Below, in pieces: positions 18,220 through 30,200 of a stretch of DNA of 61,080 nt. The notes beneath the pieces were generated by a model. It was given only the letters and a program-made list of their open reading frames with translations, did not search any database and was not told the origin of the DNA. The stretch's first letter is position 1, and every line of letters starts with the position of its first letter. Source of the DNA: a virus (lineage: Duplodnaviria > Caudoviricetes); IMG/VR virus record IMGVR_UViG_3300032219_001741, positions 1 to 61,080 of that record. One strand, 5' to 3'. The translations under genes and the position numbers were made by a program.

Positions 18220-21200
18220 GGGCAGACGACTTTGAGGATTCCGTCCTTTTTCATCCTAGTGACAACGGACACCCAAGCATCGTCTAATTGCGCCATCATT
18301 CCAGCGGCGTCTTTGCGAATTGCTTGCCCCCTGTCGCTCTGGATTTCTTCGATGAACAACCCGCCCTCGCGTTCGTTGGTCCGCATGTGGGCCACGTAGT
18401 TCGCGACGTCCGGGAAGTGGGAGGACGTGTATCCCTCGTATCCGGTGGACACATCAGATAGGTCACGATACTGCACCCGCAACGCGCGTTTCTGGTCCTC
18501 GGTGAGATTCGGATTCTCCAACTCCTTGCGGATGCTTTCCATTTTCGCATACCGCTCGGCATCGGGCTTCCCGCCCATCGCCAGGACCACCTCGCGGTAG
18601 TTGCTCCCGCCCGGGATCTGGTATTGCGCGAACTTGGTGGCGTTTTCGCCAGACTCTTGAAGCCCGCGATAATCGGAGATCGTTTCCTGAACCAAGTCGG
18701 CGATTCGCGCGTTCCGTCCAAGGTAAGTATTTTCGTAACGCGATGCGGCTTGGACAACGGAGTCGGATTCGGTTGCGTTGAATCCATCCTCGCGCAAAGC
18801 TCGCCGCAGCCTTTCGGCAGATTGCGGAGCCGTCATCCGATCACGTCCGCCCATCGCCACCTCTTCAAACCGCACACGCCCCGAGTCCCGCAGATGCGCC
18901 AAGAGCGCCTCGCGCGGCACCTTCCCGCCGTTTTCCTTCGCGATCCGGTCAATGGCAGGGATCACGCCGCTCCACTTGATCTCGTCGGCCTTGACTCCGC
19001 TGCCAGGGTTCTGAATCAGCGCCTTGACCTGCTCCGGTGACGCAAAGCGCCCGGTGATTTTCGACCCGATGACCTGTTCCAGTTGGCTGAAGAATCCGGC
19101 CTCACGTTCGGCGCGAAACGACGGCACCGCCCCGCTAGCCTTGAGGATGTCGGAGGATTCGCCCGCGCTCATCTGCGGGCCGGAAGCGCCAAACATCACG
19201 ATCGCGTCCTCGGGTGCGATGTTCTCGGAGCTGTAGGGCGCAACCGCTTTGCGTTGCTCCGGGGTCATGGATTGGCGGGCTTGCACGTCGCGGGCCTCGA
19301 TCTCGCCTGCGTTACGACGATAGGCGCCCATTCGTTGCGCCGGGGTTGCTTGATCGGCTCGCGCCCGCGCCTCTGCGCTTGCTTGACGCAACGCATTCAA
19401 CTCGTCAACACCGTCTTGGTATCGCGACTCTAAACCGGATCGAGCTTGCGGGTCGCTCGTCTCCGTGATCTGTCGGTTGAGCGCCAGCAACGAGATCTTG
19501 ATCGCGTCCATCTTGGCGCGGTTTTGCGCCGCCACCTGATCGGCGGCGTAATCCATGCCATCCAGAGATGTGCCTACGGCGAATCCTTCGCGGTCTTGAA
19601 TCCAATGCTGAAGCTCATGAAGTAGGTCCGACAACAGCCTGTAGGACACTGGATTATTCAGTTCGATCTCATTGAGGCTGGGCCGGAACACGCCTCCGCC
19701 AAGAGGCTGTGGGCGCCATTTTACTGTGATGTCCCGCGCCTCCGGGTAGGCGTCGAAGAACGCCGGGTGGTCAAGGAAGTCGCCTAGCGCCCTTGTCAAC
19801 TCACCTTGGCGAAGTTCGCTTTGCGTCATGGCTCGCGTCTCAGCTCCGTCATCTGGGATCTCAAACCGCATCTTGCCGTCATACGGCCCCGGGAACCAAC
19901 CCGTCACCGCGCGAATCTCCTCCGAGGACTTGCCCGCCGCCGCCATCGCCTTCGCGGATTGCAACGCGTCAGCCATAAACTGCGGCATTTGCGCCGAGGC
20001 TCCTGCGTAGCTGTATCGGATGTCGTCGCTCGCAGGGTTGAAGCGCTTGTCTAGGGGGACTCCCGTGAACGGATCAGCCAGTTTGATCTGTGACGGGTCA
20101 ATCACGATCAGGGATTTCGTGTTGCCCGTCGCCAAACTTTCGCCTGGCTCAATCTGCGTGATCGAATCGAATCCGGCGTTGCGGAGGGCGGCAACGAAAT
20201 CATCGTCATCAACAAGGCTTTGCGTTGCTTCGTAAGTGTCCGCCTTTTCTTCGCCGGTCAAGATCGAACGCACGGAATCCCATACCGTGATAGGGTCGAA
20301 ATCTAGGACGATGCCGTTGCGTTGAAGGAATCGCATGAACGCAGTCTGCGTCGATTTCACGCCAAGCCTGTCGAGTCGTAGCGGGTTCTTGGCCGCGATG
20401 AATGTCTCGTAAACCTGCCCGTCAGCTCCGTGAAACTGCTTGGCGAACGCTTCGGCGAATCGCTTTTCAGTGGCGAAGAATGTTGGGGTGCTGAATTCTT
20501 CGATCCCCTTCGCGCCGCCATGCCATCCCTTTTCGGTGAATCCAGCATCCCGGGCGGCTTTGCGGGTGATGCGCTGAGCTTCGCGGGTCTCGGCCTCGGT
20601 GATCGTTCCGGCGTTGAATTTTGCCTCAAGCTCCGCGTGGCGTGCGGCGTCCTTTGACATCCCGCCCGCCTTGCTGCTGTATCGGGCATCTCCGTTCATC
20701 GGGCCGCCCCTAAAGCCCCGAAGTCCTGAGGCGAAGATGTCCCACGCTTGCGCCTTGGCCTCGGCTGGGGTTAGCGCAACCCCGAAGAGTTTTTTCACAG
20801 CTCGGGTCACGAGGTTGACCAGTCGCTCCCATGCGGTGCGCGTGTCAGGCCCGGACTTTGCAATCATGTTTTCGAACGCAAGAACGGCGCGTTCTTCGGA
20901 TGCGTATTCGCCCATTGGCCCGTCGTAGAAGTCGCGGATGATCTCATCGACTCGGGCGCGTTCTGCCGGGGTCAGAAGCTCCGTGAATCGATCGAACGCC
21001 TTGCGGGCTCCGGGCTTGCGCCAGACGTAATGCCCGATCTCGTGGGCTACCGTGAGTGGAGCTTGGCGGGCTTGATTCGTTGCGGCATTAACGAGGATCT
21101 CGTTGCCCTGGATCATTCCAAGCCACGTCTCGTTTGGGAGATCGACGACGCGGACGCCAGAGGGGATGCTTCCGCCGAATCGGTTTTTAAGGGCTTCGCG

Positions 21201-24200
21201 GACAGCCTCGACGTTGCCTCGGAGGACAGGGGCCGGGGCGGCGCTGTATCGGATGTCGTTGGATTGCGGGTTGAATCGCTCGCTGAGGCGGGTTCCTGTG
21301 AATGGCTCCGCGCTTTTGATCTGGTTGGAATTGAATACCGCGTAATGGTCGGCAGGCACATTGAACAATCCAATCGCGTCGTCAAGGTTGCGGAAAATGA
21401 CGCCGTCATAACCTTGGCGCCTTGCGTCCTTCAATAGTCCGGTCAACCCCTCATCAATATCGCCGTCCTCAGTCAATTCTTGCGGACTTTTGCCCTCGGC
21501 GTCAAACTCCATGAATCGGCCGGAAAGATACCCGGCGAACACGTCGGCATTCTTGCGGAGTTCAAGGCGTGACGCCGCTGTGTCCAACGCCTCGGCTTTG
21601 CGGACTGCTTCATCGTAACCGTCCCAGTCGCCGCGTCGCTCGGCTTTTTCAGCCTCCCGCATCGCCTCTTTGATTGGGCCATCTTCCGCCGAATACACCG
21701 CGTAAGCCCGCGCTGTGCGCTCGTCGGTTGTAAAGAAGAACGCAATCTTGGCGCTGCGAGCCTCTGTGTTTTTGCCTCCGAAACGCTTGTCGAACTTGTT
21801 GAACGATGCGCTCCGCCCGTGAAATACCCTTGGCGAGTCAAAGCCAGCATTCCGCGCGGCACTTGCAACCAATGCCTCGGCTTCAGTGGTTTCCGCCTCA
21901 GTGATCGTCCCGTTGTTGAACTTCGACTCAAGCACCGCGTGCCGTGCGTAATTCACCGGCACCGCCCCGCTAGCCTTCAGAATCACCGGCTCCTCATCAT
22001 TGGCGTCCTTGTAAACCCGATCACCATCCGGCCCTCGAACAACGCCGATGAAATCCCCCGTAGCCTTGAGGTCCGTGGCGTCAATCGTGCCCCCAAACAT
22101 CCCCGCGAGGTCGATCGTCCCTTGCCGAATCCCGTCCGCACCTCCCGAGGTCACCACGATCTGCGAGGCTTGCGTCATCTCCGGCATCGCCAGCGCCCAG
22201 GCGCGGGAGCGAACTGGAATCTGAACGGGCGCCATCGCCTCGCCATCAACGTCTCGGACCATCACCGTCGCCCCGGTGCGTCCTTCAGGGACTCGGCCCA
22301 CAAACATCGGGACCACTTCCTGATCTCCGGGCTCGCCGATCATCGCCAGTGCATCGCCGTAGATGCCCTGCCAGGTCGGGATTGCGTCACGGTGGACGAC
22401 GCCGATCATCGCGCCCATGTCGGGGATGTCCGCCAAAGCAACGGTGCGGGGCGGCTCCTTGGAGGGAGATTCCATCTTGCGGCGGACCTCGGCGATCTTG
22501 GCTGCAATCTTGCCTCCAACGGCTTTGCGAGTGCGTTCCTTTGGTGGAGTCGGGACCGGCGTGTTCGTGATGAGTCCTAGGGTGTCGCGAACTGTGGCGT
22601 CGATCCGGCGTTGGCGTTCGCGCTGGTATCGGTTCGGTTCTTCGGGGGTGGCTCCCGATGCGCGGAGGATGGAATCAGATTCAGGGTTGAATCGCTCGCT
22701 GAGAGGGATGACGCGGCCCGTTTCGTCGTAGGTAACAGCGTGATTTTCTTTTTGCAATGCCACCCATCCTGATGATTGGTCGTGCTTGATTCCAAGTCGA
22801 TCCTCAATCGTCTTGATGACGGTCGCGAAATCTGCGCGGATTGTGGATGAATCCCAGTCGCCCGATTGCGGAAGAATGCGGGCTGCGACATCGCCGTCAG
22901 CATTGGTGAAAATGTCAATGTCTGAGTTGCCTGCGCGACCCTCATCCATGTCACTTCGCTGGAAGCCGCCCCCCTGCTTCTGTTGATGCCCGGATGCGCG
23001 AACGGTGATGGTTTTATCGTCGTCGTTGGGAGCGTATCCTGTGAAATACACCGACCCTTGGCTTGATCCTCGATATGAAAAATCAACGGGAAACCCTGCC
23101 AGCAACGCCTGAACGGCGTCGGCTACAGGGTATTTGTTTTTGCGTTGAACCAACGCTTCTGCCTTATTGTCAACGGCTTCCTGCGCCTCTTCGACAGCGC
23201 GCTCCAACTCAAGAATTGTATCCTCTTCCCATCCGCCCCCCTCGTAGTGACGGCGGATGACCCTTTCCTTTTCATCGGACGAGAGGTCAATCCATTCGGG
23301 ATCGTCTCCGCGCACGTCAGCATCCCACATCTCAGCAAACGACTCACCATCCATCGTCTCTGCATCATCTGGGTTCGCTAGAGCTTTAGCGAATGCGCCT
23401 TCAAACCGCGCCATGTCAGCCTTTGCTGCATCTAGGTCTTTCTGTGAAACCTCCTTTTTGGCGTCGTTGAGAGAGTAAAGTTTCACCCCTGCCGCTTTCG
23501 CTGCCGACTCGAAAACCTTACGCGCCTTTGTGGTATTGCCGCCACCAACCGCCGCGAGATACTCCGCGTCCATCTTCGGTGTCACAGGCACAGCACCCGA
23601 AGCCTTCAGGATCTCATTCGTGGTCGCTGGCGATACGCCCTCAATCGCCTTGCGTGTGGCGGCGTCCGTCACATTGATCCCCTCCGCACGCACCAGCAAC
23701 GCAATGCGCTTGGCGTGGTCTCCGATCAACTGGCGGGCGTCTTCGGCGTTATTCACCCCGTTGATGCCCTGCATCGTGTTCGTGCCAGTGAAAAGCCGGA
23801 TGCCGCCTAGGGTCTTGCCGCTGGCGGGTCCGAGCAGGAGCCAGTAGTCGTGAGTGGCGAGGTAGTGGCGGGCTTGCCCTTCGCCGTTGGTGCACCAGCT
23901 ATCGGGGCTGAGGGCCATCAGGGACTTGATGTGGTCCGGCGGCACATCCGTGATTTCCTCAATCGTGAGCGTTCCGAGTTCAGCTTCAATCGCCGAAGAT
24001 CGTGCGTCATTCTTCGCTTCCTGCTTAGACGGGAACGTGTCGTCAATCCTGAATCGGTCATACATGTTTGGCCGATGCACCCATTGGCCTTTGTATTCCG
24101 CGACGTAATCCTCAGCATCTACGCGAGTCTCGAAAACCTTAACGACCTCGGTCATGTCTGGATCGGCGGACGATTCCACCGCAAACCCGATGTAGTCTTC

Positions 24201-27200
24201 ATCGTATTCGGACAACGGGTAATCGTTAATGATTTCCAAAAGGCTTGACGCCTCCACGATTTCGATGTCGCTAAAATCAAGGTATCCCTCAATTGCGTCC
24301 TTGGCAGCATTCTCGGCATCAACACGGGTCGCCGCTTTGATGGTGCTCCCATCCTCAAACGTAACCATGACAGCGGATTGAGGCGATCCTCCTCCGGCTG
24401 CACCGCCCGGCACGAACACCCACCGATGCCCCTCGCCCGCCTTGATCGTGCGCAAGCCCTTCGTGGCCGCCTTGGCGCGTTCCTCGTCGTAGAGGAAGAG
24501 CGGGTCGCCCGCTTCGCCGGAGCGGATCAACTCAAGGGTGGATTCCAAGACCCTAAGCGTGATCTCCCTCGGGCGGCCCAGCCCGTAATTGTCACGGGAA
24601 CCAATGGAGTTTTCCAAGATGTCCCATGCAAGGTTTGCCGCATACGGGTCCGAAGCGTAGGAGTCGGGACCGGCGACCAAGAGATTCTTCCATGTCTCCG
24701 CCGCCTCTCTCCGGGGGCGGTTGACGTTCTGCTCCACCCACGCGGACCAGCCTGCGTCGGTCGATCGTTTCGGCATCGCGTTTTCAGCCTCGTCGAGATA
24801 CGATTGCCGCTCGTAGGCATTCATCTCGCGCCACTCACGCCCGTTATCAGCGGCCGCCTTTCTAGCCGCAGCTTCCACGTAATTGGAGCTTTCTCCCGCT
24901 GAAAGCGTGGCCAGGGTGTCAAAGCCCTCCTCAATCCCATACTTCGCTTGCTTCTCCGCCGCCTTGCGAATCACCGGCTCCAGCCTGCGGATGGACTCCG
25001 ACTCAACCTGGAAACGGTTCGCGGAACGCCGCGCGAACTCCGCCTCGGCGAAAGCGTCAAGGTCCGCCTTTGTCTTGATCTCCTGCGTGTTGATCTTCCC
25101 GCGACGCCGCCCAAGGTAGGCGAAGGCGAACGGGTCGCTCTCTTGCGTGACTCCGAAGCGGCGCACCATGGATGATGGCACGGCGGCGGACGCCATCAAT
25201 AGTTCGTTCTCGGACGGCGTTACCGGGTCGGCTTGCGGCGCGGTGAAGGATTGCTCGGATGGGGTTGCGTCCTCATCTTCTACGAGATCGGAATGGCCTG
25301 CATCCACAAGCAGTTTGGACACATCGACCTCTGAGGCTCCCTTTAAGAATTGCGCCCATTGATCGAAATTCCCTCGCGCCATTCGCGCCCTGACGGCGGA
25401 CTCATTGCGGGGATCTCCCTCGGCTTCCCATTCCCTGACAATTTCATCAAAGACATCGACGCCCTTGCCGTAGCCGTAATAGCTTGAATCGCCAATGATG
25501 CCGAGCGCCGTCAGTAATTGATCGATATCGCTCAGCGGATCATCCGAATCGCGGATGTAGTCAACGAGGCTTGACGGAACCGCGCCGGATGCGTTGAGAG
25601 TCTCGTTCTGCCCGTCGTCCTTTGGCTTCGTCGCGGGCTTTGATCCCGTGGCCGCCTCGGTCTTCAGGTTGCGCAAAGCTTGCGCCGTGGCCGCCGCCAT
25701 AGCCTCCAACTCCGCCTTGAGTTCCGGGTTCGCGTCGCCGAGTTGCTTGATCGCCAGCTTGAGCCACTTACGCAGCTCGCGGAGGATCCTGCGCACCATT
25801 GAGGTCGCCTCCGCGTTGCCGATCACCGCCTCTGAAATCTGCCCCGCGAACTCCGCATCCTCGACCATCATGCGGATCATTTCCGCCCCGAGCACAAAGT
25901 CGGAAGCCTCCGCCGCCTCGGCCTTCATCGACCGGGACGAGAAATAGGCGTTGCGGACTAGGCGTTGCAGCTTCTTGCCCTCGCGGCTGTCGCCAAGGGC
26001 GGACCATACTCCGGCCACGTCCGCGTCGGAAAACGCACCTTCCCGCACCGCGTCCTTCATGGCGTGGTGGATCAGTTCGTGGCGAACCAAGGTTTCGGCT
26101 TGCTCTGGACTGTATCGCTCCAACGCCCGGCGGTTGACGACCAACTTCCCGCGAGCGTAGCCCATCGGCGATTCGCCTAGCTCGCTTTCTTTGGCGTCGC
26201 GGACACCGCCCGGGAACACGTCCACCAGCGCCGCCGCCTTCGGGGCGATGCGCTTCACGTAGTCGGTTGGGGTTTCGTCCTGCCCTGCCGATGTCCCGTT
26301 TGCTTCGGGCTTTTGTCCCCTTCGTGCCCCCTTCGTGCCCCCTTTGGCTTTGGCGTTGAGTTGCGCGACGACTGCCCCGGCTTCTGAGTATGTGCCTACG
26401 ATCAAGTCAGGCCGGACCTTGGCGATCTCCGCCTTGATCGTTGCGGCCTGATCGGCGTGAGCCTCATTGATCAGGATCGCCCCGAGACCCTCTAGATATT
26501 GGCCCTCCAGGTATTGCCCTGGTCGCGCCAAAAGCTGGAACGGTCCGTCACTGTATGCCGAACCGTTCGGCGTCGCTCCTGCGCTGCTTCCGCCCTTCTC
26601 GCTGACTAGAGGAGCAGTCTCAAGCATGAGTTCCCCGTTGCTGTATGGCTTGATCCTCGACGGGTCTAGCCCGTTGGTGATCATGTTGAGCAGATCAGCC
26701 AATCCTCCAGACAACGTCCCAGCCTTTGCCATCCCGTGGGCTTGGATGTCATGACCTCCATTGGCCCGAGCCTCGTCAAATCCACGCCTCGCGGATTCGT
26801 TTACGTTCGCGCCATCAAACCATTCGTCGTGACGTTCGGTTCGGTGTTGCTGATCCCATGCCGCCACTTCAGCAGGGACCCGATACGATCCCTTGTCGAA
26901 GGATGCCTTACCTCGTTCGCTTTGGGTTGTTCTTTGCGATGGATTGGCGAGTGCTTTGATTCGGGCTAAGGTGAGCCCTGGGAGTTTTGCGCGAACTTCT
27001 GCGGGGGTCGAACCGCTTTGCAACATAGCCACCGCTTCAATCTCCGCCGGACTTTGCGCGCCCCCTTTGTTTGAAGATGCAGGAACTTGTGCGGAAGTGC
27101 CTGCGGTTTCAGTGATCGGCGTATTCGTCGGAATCGTGACCCCGGCATCTTGGAAGAGGACGACACGCGCCGCCCGGCCTAGTCGTTGCTCCGATGGGAG

Positions 27201-30200
27201 GCTGACCGTCTGCCCGTCCGGCATCGTCGCCGTGTAGGTGAAGCCCTGCGCCGCCCCCTCACCCGAGGGAGCGGCGACTTCGGGTTGTTGTGTGCCCTGC
27301 GGTGCCATGCCTCCGCCGGATTGTTTGGCCGCCTTCGCGTCTTCGCGGGCTTGAGCTTGTTGGGTGGCTTCCACCTCACCCATCGGATTGATCGACTTCA
27401 GCGCCGCGCCCATCCCTGGCATCAGGGTTTCCGCGCGTTCGATTGCGAGGTCGGAAACGATCGGCGTTTTGCCGGGGCCTTCGGTGATTGCGGGGGCGGA
27501 TGTGCCTTCAAATTGCGCCTCGATCGCCGCTTGCTCTGCCGTGGAGGGCGTGTTCCCGGCCAAAACCTTTGCGATCCCCCGAACGAACAACGCGGATTGT
27601 TGGCTTGCGACGACTTCAGCGATGGCGTTTTCATCCCCGGAATCCCTGGCCGACAACAGCGCCCGATCGAATTCCTTCGGGTCCGTGGCTACAGCGATGT
27701 CGGCCATGGCTTTCGCCCGTTCTTGCGCCCGCGCGGTTCCTTGTTGAATCGCTTCCGTGACCGGGGCCAACACGTCGCTGTGGCGGTTCTGCTGTTGCGC
27801 CCCGGTGGTGAGTAGGTTGGCGGTGGCGAAATCCTTGGCCGCAGCCTGTGAAGGATCTCCAAAGTCTTTTACCAGCGCCTCGTATTGGGCCGGTTCAATC
27901 CCGGCGTGGGCTGCGAGGGCTTCAGGAGTCGTGACCGTGGCGGCGTTCTGCCATGCAACCTGAATCTTGCCTTGCGGCGTCGCGGTGTTGACGGGTTCGG
28001 AACTCAACGCCCCGCCAATGGCGCCGACACCGCCGCCCATAATCCCGCCCATTGCCGTGGCGTTGATGATGTCGCGCCGTCCCTCGGCGTCGATCGGGTT
28101 TTGACCGGCTCCGACACGTTCCAAGACGGTCTGCAACGCCTCGGTTCCGCCTTCCATGGCAACGCCTTGCGCCGCGCCGGTAGCTGCGCGAACCGCCCGG
28201 CCTGTTACGCCCTTCGGCATCTTCTTGCCTCCAAGGAGATCCAAGCCAAATTTGTCCGCCACGGATTCCAGCCCGCCCGCCGCGATGCCGGTTCCCCAGA
28301 CTCGCGCGAGTTCCCATCCGGTAAGTTCTCGACCTTCCTCTTTGGCCTTCTTGGCGGCCTCGCCGTAGATCGCGCCCAACTCCATCCCGAGGGCGTTGGT
28401 GAGGATTGCGGTATTCGACCCGATCGCTTTCGCGGCGGCTTGTTTTAGCGTTGCAGTTTGAGCGAGAGCTTTGACCTCCGCCTTCGCTGCCGTTTTGCCG
28501 AGCTGCTTCAGGGCCATCTTTTCGGCCTGACTGGCGATGGCTTCAGCCATGAACTTGCGGATGCCGGTCTTCACCGCACCTTTGGCGAACGCGCCGCCGA
28601 GGGCTCCACCAACCGCACCGACAGCCGTCCCTCCCCCAGGCTCCACCGCCGTCCCGGCCGCGCCACCGATCGCCCCACCCGCCGCAGATACGGCGATCGT
28701 TTCGAGAATCTGGCCGATGCCGTAGCCGACGGCGTATTCCAGGAAGTTCGCCATCGCGCCAAGATTGCCCTTGCTCGCCTTCGACCATGCCACCGTGACG
28801 TCGTCGTCTTCCCGGCTGATAGGAGCCATGCCTTGCTCGGCATCGAGGTATCCACGAAAACCCCAGTTGCGGAGCGTCTCCCCTTTGCCGACCGTCTTTT
28901 CCAGGGTGTCGCCGATCAAGGCCGCGACTCCAAAGCCAAGCTGCGGGAGCTGGCGGGTGGAGACTTCCGCGCCTCGGACCACGTCGCCCACGATCGGTGC
29001 CCGCTTGAGTTGCGCAAACCATCCCTTTCCTTCGACCGGTTCAGGCTTTGGCTTGAACGTTGCCGTGTCTACGTTGGCGAGATACAGGGCCGCCGCATCA
29101 TCGTAGCCAAGGGCCGGAGCGATTTTCGACAACTTGCCGGATGCCATCAGTTTCGCCGCCGCTTCCTCCGGGGTCTTCGCGTCCTTTTCAGCCGCCGCAA
29201 ACGCCTCTGCAACCAAAGGGCTAAGCCTCTCTTGCGTGGCGTCGTCCAGTTGCGTGTCGATGGCCGACATTGCCGCCGCAACCGCGTCGTTGGCCTCCTC
29301 TGGCAACATTTGATCGTTGGCCAGCTTTGCAATCACGTCGCGTTGCGTGGCTTGAAACTCTGCGAGCTGCGAGGCGCGGCGTTCTTGGATGCGCGAGGCG
29401 ATCACGCCCTCATCGCTCTGGTCCTCCTCTACGGGGACGGCGGGCGATGCGTTCAGCGGTTCCAATCCAGGGGTCTGAACTTCAGCCGGGGCGGCTCCCG
29501 GCGCGGGCTCCCCCGGCGTCGGGGCTTCCTGCGGGGCGTTCGAGAACGGTGTCGCCGCCGGTTGTTTTGCGGGAACGTCCTTTGGCAGTTTGCGCTCCAG
29601 CAACGCTTGCTGAATCGCGTCCTCGTCACGGATTGCGCCGTAGGTCCGGGCGAAACGGTTGGTTGCAAGATCGATCGCGTTGCGGCTCTCCACCTTGATC
29701 GCGTCCCGCTTCACCTTGGCCTCACGATATTGGTCGGAGGTCATCGGGCCGGAAACGGCGGTCTCGAACTCCTCCTCGGCGGCCAGGATCCGGGCTTGAT
29801 GTTCGGCGGTCGTCTGATCCACCTGCGCCTTGGCGGCTTCGGCCTTGGCGGAAAGCTCCGCACGTTTCGCGGCGAGTTCCTGAATCTCGCGATCTTGGCG
29901 CACTCGGTTTGCCTCGGCCACCACGGCGGAATCGGCTTTGTCGGCCCCACCCTTGAACGAAAACGCCTTGTCGTCGGCGGCCTGAGCGGCTTGCGCGGCC
30001 ACGTCCCGGGCTTGCTTGGTCGCCTGGACATACGCCTTGTCGGTGTCAGCGAGGCTTTCGATTGACTGCGGGTCTTCAGGATCAACTCCCAAATCCTTGC
30101 CGACTTGCTTCAGAATCGCGTCTGGCTCCTTGGCCATCCGCTTCGCGGCCTCGGCGTTGTAATCCAGTTCCCGAGACTTCGCGGCGCGTTGATTTGCAAT

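Noticed and set aside
17400-18340. Group I intron or intein around the GIY-YIG gene
   Set aside because: The endonuclease ORF overlaps both neighbours, no P7/R/S-like core sequences were seen, and there are no intein Cys...His-Asn splice motifs
4271-30065. Long antisense ORFs (e.g. 4271..5572, 7185..8300, 9447..10979, 28458..30065)
   Set aside because: Shadow frames of GC-rich genes with strong codon bias; no protein motifs
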